From an uncultured Candidatus Saccharibacteria bacterium (GTDB lineage Bacteria > Patescibacteriota > Minisyncoccia > Phycocordibacterales > Zambryskibacteraceae), in contig CAZRVE010000002.1 in NCBI GenBank assembly GCA_964603485.1, forward strand, positions 1-55,480: a DNA stretch of 55,480 nucleotides. The letters run 5' to 3'. A program made the position numbers and the translations under genes. Below are positions 23,964 through 33,800 of the stretch, in pieces; positions within the stretch are counted from its first letter, which is position 1; every line of letters begins with the position of its first letter. The notes beneath the pieces are model-generated. The model saw only the letters and a program-made list of their open reading frames with translations. It had not been told where the DNA came from and ran no database searches.

Positions 23964-25028
23964 TTATTCAGAATTTTTTTCTCGAGCTTTACTCTTTTCG
24001 AGATCATTTATAAGTTCCATAAATACCGCAGCGATAGGAACGGAAAGAAGTACCCCAAGGAAACCCGCAAGCTTTCCTCCAATGATAATTGCGAGAATAG
24101 AAATAATCGGTGGAACTCCTACTACTTTTTTTACTACAAGCGGATAGATTAGCTGACCCTCAAATTGATTAATCACCACAAAAAGCCCTGTCGTGAGAAG
24201 TGCAGGAGTGATACCTCCATCAAGAAAAGCGATAAGCATTGCAGGTGCCGCAGCCAAGAACGAACCGAAAAGAGGAATAAGCTCAAAGACTCCTGCTAAT
24301 ACTGAAAGAAGAAGTGCGTTCGGAACCCCAAGCAAGGTGAGGCCTAGGAATACCAGAACCGCAACGATTACCGACAAAAGGAGTTGTCCCTGCATCCATA
24401 ACCCGATTTTTTCCTTCGAACGACGCCATAGATCAATCACGTATCGCTCGTGCTGAATCGGCGTTACGATACGAAGAAACTTCCCTACTCCATCCTCCTG
24501 CACTGCGAGATAGAAAGAAAGAATCACGATAAGGAAGAAGCTCACAATACCTCCAAAGATCACATCAATAGTTCCCAGGAAGCCCGAAGAGAAGCTTGCA
24601 AAAACACGATTCACCACCTCAATGATTGACGAGAGAGAGAAACTGTTAGAAAAATCAGAAAGAAATCCATCTGCCATTTCTGCAGGAATAGATTGTCCTG
24701 AAGGAATCACCGGAGCAGAAGTCGGGAAATTTTTTAAGAGCCCAGCTGACTCACTAATAAGAGGCAGGAGAAAGAAGTAAAACATAGAAACAAGAAGAGC
24801 CGCTGCCCCAACGTAAATCACGAGAACCGCAGGAAGGCGCGATATTTTTCTCTGAGAAAACCACCGTGCGCCTGGCTCTACTGCGGATGCGATTACAATT
24901 GCCGAAAGAATAATCAATACAATATCTTTGATAAAGTACAGGAAGTAGAAAAACACAAGAATAAGCACGGCACGCACTATTGTTCCGGTGCTAATTGAAA
25001 GAGTTACGTCTCCAGAATTTCGAGGCAT
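23964..25028 (-). CDS. AI-2E family transporter (PerM/YhhT-like permease)
   Basis: ~8 TM helices; family-typical length and C-terminal ...GVPPIISILAIIIGGKLAGFLGVLLSVP. Confidence 0.75.
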   Translation of the reverse strand: MPRNSGDVTLSISTGTIVRAVLILVFFYFLYFIKDIVLIILSAIVIASAVEPGARWFSQRKISRLPAVLVIYVGAAALLVSMFYFFLLPLISESAGLLKNFPTSAPVIPSGQSIPAEMADGFLSDFSNSFSLSSIIEVVNRVFASFSSGFLGTIDVIFGGIVSFFLIVILSFYLAVQEDGVGKFLRIVTPIQHERYVIDLWRRSKEKIGLWMQGQLLLSVIVAVLVFLGLTLLGVPNALLLSVLAGVFELIPLFGSFLAAAPAMLIAFLDGGITPALLTTGLFVVINQFEGQLIYPLVVKKVVGVPPIISILAIIIGGKLAGFLGVLLSVPIAAVFMELINDLEKSKAREKNSE

Positions 25029-25041
25029 ATGCTCTATAGTA

Positions 25042-26319
25042 TCACTCTGTATCTACTTTTAAAATCGATTTGAGCGCTTTAGTTTCCTTCACATTCCCCA
25101 CAATGGCCAGATTAAGGTTTTTGTCAGAGAAAATGGTTCTCGCAAGGGCACGAACGTCTTCTGAACTGACCTCCCGAATCTTACGCTCGATATCCTTTGG
25201 ATCTTCTATTTTACCCTTGAGGATTTCTTGATCTGCAACAAAAGTAGCGACAGAATCAGAGGATTCAAGTCCCATCACAAAATTTCCAATCAAGCTTTCT
25301 TGAGATTTTTTAAGCTCCTCTTTTGAAACGAGATTTTCTTTTAATTCTTTACAGAGAGAAACGATCGCTTCTACCACCTCCAAAACTCTCGAAGTATCAA
25401 CTCCTGTGGCAACTGCGAAATAGCCGTGATCCGTGAGCTCGTCAACACCAGACCTCACGTAGTATCCTACCCCCATTTCTTCGCGGAGTTTCTGGAAAAG
25501 TCGAGAACTCATCCCTGACCCAAGCACTGCATTTAATACCTGAAGAGTTGCATTTCGTTTATCAGAAACAGGAAAAGTGCGAAAGCCAAGCACAAGATGA
25601 GCTTGGTCGGTTTTCTTGAAATGGATTTTAATATTGGGAGCGTTTTGTTTTTCTACAACCCCTACCTTCTTTCTCTTTTTTGTAACAGGAATCGTCTTGA
25701 AATATTTAGAGACCAAACGCTCTACTGTGGGTGCGGTCACATTCCCCGCAACGATTACCACCGTAGAAGACGCGCAATAATGGGCCTTGCGATATTCGAC
25801 GAGGTCGCGAACTTTAGCTCCAGTAATAACTTCTTTGCGTCCAAGAATCGTCCAACCTGCTGGCTGGTCTCCATAGAGAAGCTCGGTAAAAACCTCCTGA
25901 ACTTTCCGCTGAGGAAGGTCCTCGTACATATTCATCTCTTCGAGCACAACACCCTTCTCCTTCTCGAGCTCTTCTTCTGGAAAACGTGGATTAAGATACA
26001 AGTCGGAGATTACATCAATCAACTGCTCAGTATGCTTTGGATGCGCTTTTGCATAGTAGCCTGTGTACTCAGTGCTCGTAAATGCATTACTCTCCGCACC
26101 AAGAGAATCGAGCTCATGTGATATGTCGAGTGATCGTGGGCGCTTCGTAGTTCCCTTAAAACACATATGTTCAAGGAAATGAGAGAGGCCATTTTGTTTC
26201 TTTGTCTCATACTTCGAACCCGCCTCAACCATTACGAGCGCGGTTACTGTAGGACTTTCAGGCATTGGCACCACCACAAGCCGCAAACCATTTGGAAATA
26301 TTTTCTTTTTTACTTTCAT
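25042..26319 (-). CDS. M16 (pitrilysin/insulinase) family zinc peptidase
   Basis: Inverted zinc motif HFLEH followed by ...E; 425 aa. Confidence 0.85.
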   Translation of the reverse strand: MKVKKKIFPNGLRLVVVPMPESPTVTALVMVEAGSKYETKKQNGLSHFLEHMCFKGTTKRPRSLDISHELDSLGAESNAFTSTEYTGYYAKAHPKHTEQLIDVISDLYLNPRFPEEELEKEKGVVLEEMNMYEDLPQRKVQEVFTELLYGDQPAGWTILGRKEVITGAKVRDLVEYRKAHYCASSTVVIVAGNVTAPTVERLVSKYFKTIPVTKKRKKVGVVEKQNAPNIKIHFKKTDQAHLVLGFRTFPVSDKRNATLQVLNAVLGSGMSSRLFQKLREEMGVGYYVRSGVDELTDHGYFAVATGVDTSRVLEVVEAIVSLCKELKENLVSKEELKKSQESLIGNFVMGLESSDSVATFVADQEILKGKIEDPKDIERKIREVSSEDVRALARTIFSDKNLNLAIVGNVKETKALKSILKVDTE

Positions 26320-26384
26320 AGATGATGAGTGTATACAAAATCAGACAATTCCTCAAGAAAAAAGTCCCGTTGAAACGAGACCAT

Positions 26385-26573
26385 TTAGATCATGAACATT
26401 ACACGAATCGGACCGTAACCAGAGATGCTCAGTCCATTGTATAAACAGTGCGGTTCTGCCGATCCAGAAAAAATCTCTCTCACCTGACACCCCCTCATAC
26501 GAAGATCCCAAGCAAGATTCCGTGCAAGTTGCGACCAGTCAGAGCGCAAGACAATCATCCTAAGATCCTCCAA
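26385..26573 (-). CDS. Doubtful small ORF (62 aa)
   Basis: ORF only; no motif, no clear SD. Confidence 0.15.
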   Translation of the reverse strand: MEDLRMIVLRSDWSQLARNLAWDLRMRGCQVREIFSGSAEPHCLYNGLSISGYGPIRVMFMI

Positions 26574-26621
26574 AAGTAAAAGTCCACGATAAAGATACCA
26601 TAAAAAAAGACCGCGAGCTCA

Positions 26622-26897
26622 TTACTCGCAGTCTAGCATCTTCGATGGATTGGCCCGCAAATAAAGCACTCGAGCGCTTACTGCATCTGATAAGGCTGGG
26701 TCAAGAAGACATCTTCCAAAAACCTCGAGAAAAATTGCCTCCGTATTCCCCACGCCCTCTCGAATCAGTCGGGTTGCCGCCCTATCAAGTTTTTCCTTTT
26801 CCCCTTCCAGCCGTATCTGATTCCCTCGACGACGCTCCCTCATTGCAGTAGCTTGTATTTGATTACAGCCCCGTGTTCCCTGACCAACTTCAGACAT
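26622..26897 (-). CDS. Hypothetical small protein (91 aa from internal ATG)
   Basis: The ORF was trimmed to MSEVGQG to remove the overlap with glyQS. No motif recognised. Confidence 0.3.
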   Translation of the reverse strand: MSEVGQGTRGCNQIQATAMRERRRGNQIRLEGEKEKLDRAATRLIREGVGNTEAIFLEVFGRCLLDPALSDAVSARVLYLRANPSKMLDCE

Positions 26898-26955
26898 ACC
26901 ATCTCCATAAAAGAGTTGGAAAATACTACAATATATTGTCTCGAGCAACAAGAAT

Positions 26956-28266
26956 CTAGGAGAGCTTCGCAAGAAGCTCATCAATAGCGACTCTTTCTTG
27001 CTCCCCAGAATCTCGATCACGAAGAGTTACGGTATTGTTTTCAAGCGTTTCAAAATCAACTGTCACACAATGTGGAGTTCCGATCTCATCCTGTCGACGA
27101 TATCTTTTGCCGATATTTCCATTATCGTCAAACGATGCTGATGGAATTTGTTTCTTTATCATCTCAAAAAGCTCTCGAGCTTTTGATACAAGTTCTGGTT
27201 TGTTTTTAAGTAATGGAAATACTGCCACTCTTACAGGGGCAAGCCTTGTAGGTAATTTCAAATAAGACCTCGTCTCCCCTCCTAATTCGTCCTCTTTATA
27301 GGATTCGGAAAGTATTGCAAGCACTGTTCGATCAAGGCCAAACGTTGGCTCAATCACATGTGGAACGAAACGCTCCTTTGTCTCTTCGTCGTAGTACTCA
27401 AGATTTACCTGAGAGGCCCCTTGGTGGTTTGTAAGATCAAAATCAGTTCTGTAAGCCAATCCATAAAGCTCTTTTGTTCCAAATGGGAATTCATACTCAA
27501 AATCAATAGTGCGCTTTGAATAATGCGCTCTGTCTTGAGCCTCAACTTCCACCTCGTGAACCTTTGAAGAAGGAAGCCCGATAGCCTCTATCCATTCAAT
27601 CATCCCCTTCCTCCATAATTCGAAATGGGTTTCCCACTCAGAGCTCCGGACAAAATACTCCACTTCCATCTGCTCAAATTCGCGCGCTCTAAAAAGAAAA
27701 TCTCTCGGGGCAATTTCATTTCTAAATGCTTTTCCAATTTGAGCCATGCCAAACGGTAATCTTGGGTGAAACGTATCGAGAATATTTTTAAAATTCACGA
27801 ACATACCTTGCGCAGTCTCTGGTCGCAAATATGAAACGGAAGATTCATCCTCTGACGCACCAATGCTCGTCTTAAACATCATATTGAACTGTCGAGATTC
27901 TCCTAGATGTCCTCCACACTCCGGACAGGTGGTTGGATCAGAAAGAGTATCTGCTCGAAATCTTCTTTTACATTTTTGACACTCCACAAGTGGATCAGAA
28001 AAACCTGAAACATGACCACTTGCCTCCCAAACCTTAGGGTTCATCAAAAGAGCTGCGTCAACTTCATACATATCCCCTCGGCTGGAGACGAACATCTCGC
28101 GCCATAGGTTCTTAATATTATTTTTCAAAAGCACACCCAAAGGTCCATAATCCCAGGTTCCTGCAAGTCCGCCATATATTTCTGATCCCTGAAATACAAA
28201 ACCTCGTCGCTTCGCAAGAGAAACGATTTTTTCCATATGAGTATTTTCTTCTCTCTTTTCTGACAT
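26956..28266 (-). CDS. glyQS: Glycyl-tRNA synthetase (class II, dimeric GlyQS type)
   Basis: ...AKRRGFVFQGSEIYGGLAGTWDYGPLG..., FRNEIAPR, and a C-terminal anticodon-binding domain. Confidence 0.95.
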   Translation of the reverse strand: MSEKREENTHMEKIVSLAKRRGFVFQGSEIYGGLAGTWDYGPLGVLLKNNIKNLWREMFVSSRGDMYEVDAALLMNPKVWEASGHVSGFSDPLVECQKCKRRFRADTLSDPTTCPECGGHLGESRQFNMMFKTSIGASEDESSVSYLRPETAQGMFVNFKNILDTFHPRLPFGMAQIGKAFRNEIAPRDFLFRAREFEQMEVEYFVRSSEWETHFELWRKGMIEWIEAIGLPSSKVHEVEVEAQDRAHYSKRTIDFEYEFPFGTKELYGLAYRTDFDLTNHQGASQVNLEYYDEETKERFVPHVIEPTFGLDRTVLAILSESYKEDELGGETRSYLKLPTRLAPVRVAVFPLLKNKPELVSKARELFEMIKKQIPSASFDDNGNIGKRYRRQDEIGTPHCVTVDFETLENNTVTLRDRDSGEQERVAIDELLAKLS

Positions 28267-28290
28267 AAAGGCTATCCTACGCTAAAAGAC

Positions 28291-30216
28291 CTACTTTTCA
28301 ACCGTCTCGTCCCCCTGTCGATACATAGGGTCTGTAAGAAACCGGGTAGAAATAGCAGGGGCCATCCCTGAAACCGACTTACCTGTAAAGCGATCATCTC
28401 CTACAAAATTAGATGCTTGAAGAATTGTTGCAGCATTCCCTACCTGAGAAAGTGACGGCTCAACGATTACCTGGAAAGCGACTTCCCGAGGGCTCGTCAC
28501 AAATCCAGTACCAGAGCGGAGATCCCCTACATTCCACACCACCTCTCGAGTATTTTCGTCATAGGTAATACTTTCCACAAGAGGATCCGCAAGCCCTGCC
28601 CATTTTACATATGGCGGCAACTCCCCACGAACTCGTGTCTGAGAAAGAGTATTTAAAGAGTTTGTAAGACTCCACACAATCGTGTACGTAGTCTCCTGAT
28701 CAGCTTTTGGAGGTATTGGCCCACTATTCTCAAAGGGGCCGATGCTTCGCAGAGTTCGAGCGGTCAGATTTGCATTCGAAGCAATTTTCACAATACGGCC
28801 AACCTTTGTTTCAACCACTTCAGGTTTACCCAAGTCATTAATCTGACTTCCTGATACGGTTACCGCAACCGCAATCTGCTCATTTTGAGCACTTGCAGGG
28901 AGAGAAGAAAGTGGAGAAAAGGTGAAGCCTACGACTCCTCGTTCACCGGGTTCAAGACTTCCAAGCTCAGCATTTACCGCTTTATCCCAAACAATGGTGC
29001 TATCAAGAGATCGATAGTATCCACCGCCCGACGCAGAAACTGAAGATTTATCAAATGCATTGCCAGACAACTTTACCTCAACCCGACCATTCAACAATTG
29101 ACTTGGAAGGTTATTTGTCCAAATCACATTCGTTTGAATCTTGTCGCCAAGCGCATGGACCACTGTGTCAGAATTCTGTCCTGCAAGAGAGACATCTACT
29201 GCTAGAAATGGACGTCTAATACGAACAGATTGAGAGAGTATAGAAAACGTTGCCCCGAGCTCTTCTTGCTTCCCCTCATTTGCAATTCCTGTTGAGAAAC
29301 GGAATGTGCGCTCCTCATCATTTTGACCTTGGAGGCGGCCTTTTATGGTGATTGTTCTCTTATCGTTAGGAGTTAAATTTCCAATATTCCACAAAGAATT
29401 ATCACGAAGTGGCTTAGGATCTGCGCTTCCAAAAACAAAACCAAACGGATATTCAGCCTTAAACAAAAGATTTTGTAATGTCTCCCCACTATTTGAAGTG
29501 AGATCTATCACAAACTCGATGTCCTGATTTGAATTAATCTCTGAAGGATTTTTTATTGTGACTATTACTGGAGAAGTTTTAATTGCTGTCTCATACTTTT
29601 TATCTTTAAAGAACGTTGCGCTTGATCCCTGAATACGGTATTCGAGAGTGATTGATATTTCTTTAATTGTTTCCTTCTCTCCAAAAAGGACTGATTTAAC
29701 TGTTTTTCTCACCTCTCCTCGTGCTGGAACCTTACCCACAGTTTCTCGCTGTCTTTCTAGTGGCTCTGTCACATTCCCCGCAACTCGAGTTCCGTCTGGA
29801 TACACCACCAAAAGATTTACCCCCTCAAGATCAGCTCGATTATTATTCTTAATCACAATATCAAGGGAAAGCTCTTCCCCACCAGACACACTTGATGGCC
29901 CCACTACCTGAATATCAATATTATTTGCCGATACTAGATTGCCTCCTCCGAAAAACATAAAAAGTGCGGCTCCGATTGCGAGGATACAGAAAACAACAGA
30001 GCCAAGTAGGATTTTCTTAAAAAGCGAACTCTTATCTTCTTTTCTTTTTAACTGCTCCGCAGTAATTAAATCAGTGATTTTTTCCTCCTCCTTCCACTTC
30101 TCCCCCACCTCAAATTCAGCCGGAGTCTGCAAAGACCGGTCATCATGGGGCTCCTGCGTATGCTTTCTTGAGTAGAGACCCTGCTCAAGACGATCAATGT
30201 GATTATTGTCACTCAT
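28291..30216 (-). CDS. Large membrane-anchored extracytoplasmic protein, hypothetical
   Basis: One TM helix (~residues 67-89) followed by ~550 aa of beta-rich repeats. Confidence 0.65.
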   Translation of the reverse strand: MSDNNHIDRLEQGLYSRKHTQEPHDDRSLQTPAEFEVGEKWKEEEKITDLITAEQLKRKEDKSSLFKKILLGSVVFCILAIGAALFMFFGGGNLVSANNIDIQVVGPSSVSGGEELSLDIVIKNNNRADLEGVNLLVVYPDGTRVAGNVTEPLERQRETVGKVPARGEVRKTVKSVLFGEKETIKEISITLEYRIQGSSATFFKDKKYETAIKTSPVIVTIKNPSEINSNQDIEFVIDLTSNSGETLQNLLFKAEYPFGFVFGSADPKPLRDNSLWNIGNLTPNDKRTITIKGRLQGQNDEERTFRFSTGIANEGKQEELGATFSILSQSVRIRRPFLAVDVSLAGQNSDTVVHALGDKIQTNVIWTNNLPSQLLNGRVEVKLSGNAFDKSSVSASGGGYYRSLDSTIVWDKAVNAELGSLEPGERGVVGFTFSPLSSLPASAQNEQIAVAVTVSGSQINDLGKPEVVETKVGRIVKIASNANLTARTLRSIGPFENSGPIPPKADQETTYTIVWSLTNSLNTLSQTRVRGELPPYVKWAGLADPLVESITYDENTREVVWNVGDLRSGTGFVTSPREVAFQVIVEPSLSQVGNAATILQASNFVGDDRFTGKSVSGMAPAISTRFLTDPMYRQGDETVEK

Positions 30217-30243
30217 GGATACAAAGAATTATACCCCAACTCA

Positions 30244-30837
30244 TCAACTCTGACTTGCTGACAATGCCCTGTTTAGATCACTCACGAGAAGTGGTTTTAC
30301 CTTTATTGCAGCCTGAATCGAATCTTCCGAGAAAAGATCTCCAGAGAAAAAAGCTTCATATTCGGATCTCTCGTGTGCATAGCCGAGCTCGCACATTAGA
30401 TGAAAAATTCCCAAGCATTCAAGAGCAGACAACTCTTGAGGGTTAAAATTTCGACGATCTAAGCTCTGACGAAAACTCAGCGCCAATGGCAGTAATGCGT
30501 ATTCACGCTCTTCCCCACTCACAAGAAGTCGCAGTGTATTTAAGAAATGAAACCAAACAACCTTAGCTTCAAATTGTTCCAGAGAAAACCGAGCAGTATT
30601 TGCAATAGGCGTCCCGCCAATAATCCTCCATATATTTTTACCCCGCACTAAAGAAAGGACCGAGTGTGAAGAGTCTAGAAGCGCAGGGGCTAATTTTGAC
30701 TTCATAAGACGTACCCCTGTTGCGCTTGCATGAATCACCCCCATATCCCGAGTGAGGATAGAGAAGTTTCCATCAGCCTCTCTGTTTGAGTAGCTTTTTA
30801 GTATGAGGCTTTCCGTAGTGTATACGTGATAACTCAT
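30244..30837 (-). CDS. recO: DNA repair protein RecO (short form)
   Basis: N-terminal OB-fold pattern TESLILKSYSNREADGNFSILTRDMGVIHASATGVRLMKSKL. Confidence 0.55.
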   Translation of the reverse strand: MSYHVYTTESLILKSYSNREADGNFSILTRDMGVIHASATGVRLMKSKLAPALLDSSHSVLSLVRGKNIWRIIGGTPIANTARFSLEQFEAKVVWFHFLNTLRLLVSGEEREYALLPLALSFRQSLDRRNFNPQELSALECLGIFHLMCELGYAHERSEYEAFFSGDLFSEDSIQAAIKVKPLLVSDLNRALSASQS

Positions 30838-33800
30838 GCGCGAGAAATGGAAACCCCAAAAGAAACTTCTTCTGCACTAGAGGAATTGATGGAAATTTTA
30901 ATATTTCTTATATTACACACCTTTTTAATCTCTTCGCTAAACAGCGTTATTGTCTCCTCGCCATCAGAGGTTGTCTCAACCGAAACATCGATTACATCGC
31001 CTGGAACAAGAGAGTTCTGTTTACGCGACTCCTGAATTGCACGGATAAGCTCGCGAGAATCCCCTTCTCTACGAAGATTCTCGTCAATCTTTCCATCAAG
31101 AACAATTTCGACATCTTGATTTGAATCGAAAAATGCATCCTTTACATTAATTTCTTGAAGAAGGACCTGTACCAAATCGGGATAGTCTTTAAGCTCCTCA
31201 TTTCGAAGGGTCACCCCACGAAGCGGTTGACGGATTTTGATACCAAGAGTTGCTCGCGCCTCAAGAGAGAGAGTCACGAGACTTCGTAAGGTTTGCATTC
31301 GATCAAGTTCTTTACTCTCATCATCAGAAAGGACTCTTCCTCCTGACCAAGACTCAAGATGCACACTGTCGTAAAAAGTATTTCCTCCAATTTTCTGGTA
31401 AATATATTCTGAAAGGAATGGAGTGAACGGCGCTAAAACTTTGGAAACCCTAAGCAACACAAAGCTGAGCGTTTCTATCGCCATCTTTTTATCTTCCTCG
31501 TCGTCGCCTTTGAAACGGTCACGTGACCTCCGGACATACCACTGAGAAAGATCAGCAATAAAATCACGTATTACCCGAGCGCCCTCAAGAGGACGGTACT
31601 CATCGAGAGAATTTGTAACTTGAAGTTCAAGCTTCTCAAGAGAGATTGTAATCCAGCGATCAAGAGGATGGGTACTTTGAGGTTTCTCTTTTAAAGGAGA
31701 GCCTGTCTTATACATTTCGTAAAAAGAAACTACATTCAAGAGAAGATTGAATACTTTTTTCACCACATCATCAACCGTTCGCTCGTCAAAATTCTTAGAT
31801 TCTCCAGGCTGATTCACGCTATACATCCAGAAGCGCAATACATCCGCGCCGTACTGATCTATTTTTTCCCAAGGGTTGAGTGTATTGCCTCGAGACTTAG
31901 ACATCTTTTGTCCATCCTTATCGAGGATATGCCCTAAGCAAATAACATTTTTAAAAGCCTTCCCCTTCCCCAGAAGAGTACCTATTGCATGAAGAGTGTA
32001 AAACCAACCGCGCGTTTGATCGATGGCTTCACAAATAAAATCTGCGGGATAACCAAACTCATCAAACCATTCTTTATTCTCAAATGGATAATGATGTTGA
32101 GCATATGGCATTGCACCAGAGTCAAACCACACGTCCATTACCTCAAGAACGCGCTTCATAGGTTTTCCCTGAGAGTCAGGGAATGTGATCGTGTCAATAT
32201 GCGGACGGTGAAGATCAAGCTCGTATGAGCTACTGTGAGGAAGCTCAACAAAATTAAAACGACGCACCCCTGCAGTCCTCACAAACTCCTTCGAACCCCC
32301 ACGAAGCCTTAGCGCTTGCGCCTTTGTAAGCCCCAGCCCCGAAGACTCCAGAAGCCACAAAGGCACTTCGTGACTTATTACTAAAATAGTTTCTTTCTCG
32401 TGTTTTTTATTTATCTCATGAAGAAACTCTCCCACTCTTTGCCGGACGTCACTAAAACTTTCTCCATGAGGATACGCTTTCTCGAAACGCTCTTCATCAC
32501 TAGAAAAAAACTTCCACGTTTCTTCAGTAGATTTTCCATTTAAATCTCCAAATGACATCTCCCTAAGTCTCGCATCATAGAAAATTTGATCGTTTGGAAT
32601 TCCAAGTATAGACGCCACAATTTCTGCAGTCTCCTTTGTTCTCACAAAATCAGAAACGTATATTGCATCGATTTTTTCTGATTTTAAATTTTCTGCTGCC
32701 TTTTTTACTTCACCCTTACCCTCTTCAGTAAGCGTATGAGGATATTCAGGGTCAGAACTTAGAACATTTTTCACATTATGGATCGCTCCACCATGACGCA
32801 TAAGAAAAAACTTATTTCGACTCCCCACCCTTGCGCGCAAATCATCAACAGAGCCGATGACGACCCTTTCCTGTTTATCCTCCGACTCCCAAATAGGAAG
32901 CGGCGTTCCCCAATACCTCTCGCGAGAGATGGCCCAATCTTTAACTTCTTTAAGCCACTCCCCAAAACGTCCGTCACGAGTATGTTCTGGCTCCCAATGA
33001 ATTGTTTGGTTTTCTCTCATTAATTCATCCCGAAGAGAAGACATTCTTATGTACCAAGAATCTCTCGCATAATAGATAAGTGGAGTCTTACACCTCCAGC
33101 AGAAAGGATACGAGTGCTCGTATTTTTCTTTTTTAAGAAGCAGTCCTCGATGAGCAAGATCCTTTATCACATCAACCGCAACCTCTTCATCCTTTACAAA
33201 CCGCCTAGAGAAAATTCCAGTGTTCTCAATAAAAAGTCCCGTCTCGTCTACAAGATGAAATTTTGGAAGTCCTATTTGCGTACCAAGCTCAAAGTCATCT
33301 TGTCCATACATCACCGCAGTATGCACAATACCTGTTCCATCCTCAGTACTCACAAATGAGGCAGGATAAATCTTCCACGCTTTTTCTATGTTTTCCTTTT
33401 GATCTTGAGGAACAAGGTTTTTCAAAAAAGGATACAAGGATTCATACTCTCTGCCAACGAGCTCGCTCCCTAAAGCAGTCTTCACAACTTCTGCACCTGG
33501 ATAGAGGATCTTTGCACGATCGTTTGCCATCCATATATTTTTATCTTCAACGCGAACCAATACGTATTCAATCTTTCCCCCAACAGCAAGCGCACAGTTG
33601 CCCGGAAGGGTCCAAGGAGTGGTGGTCCATGCAGAGAAATATTCTTCCGAATTTACATCCTTAAAAAGGACATACACCGAGAGATCTTTTACATCAGCAT
33701 AGCCTTGCGCTAATTCGTGAGAAGAAAGAGCGGTTCCGCATCGTGGACACCAAGGAACCACTTTGTAATCTTTATAAAGAAGTTTCTTACTCTCAATCTG

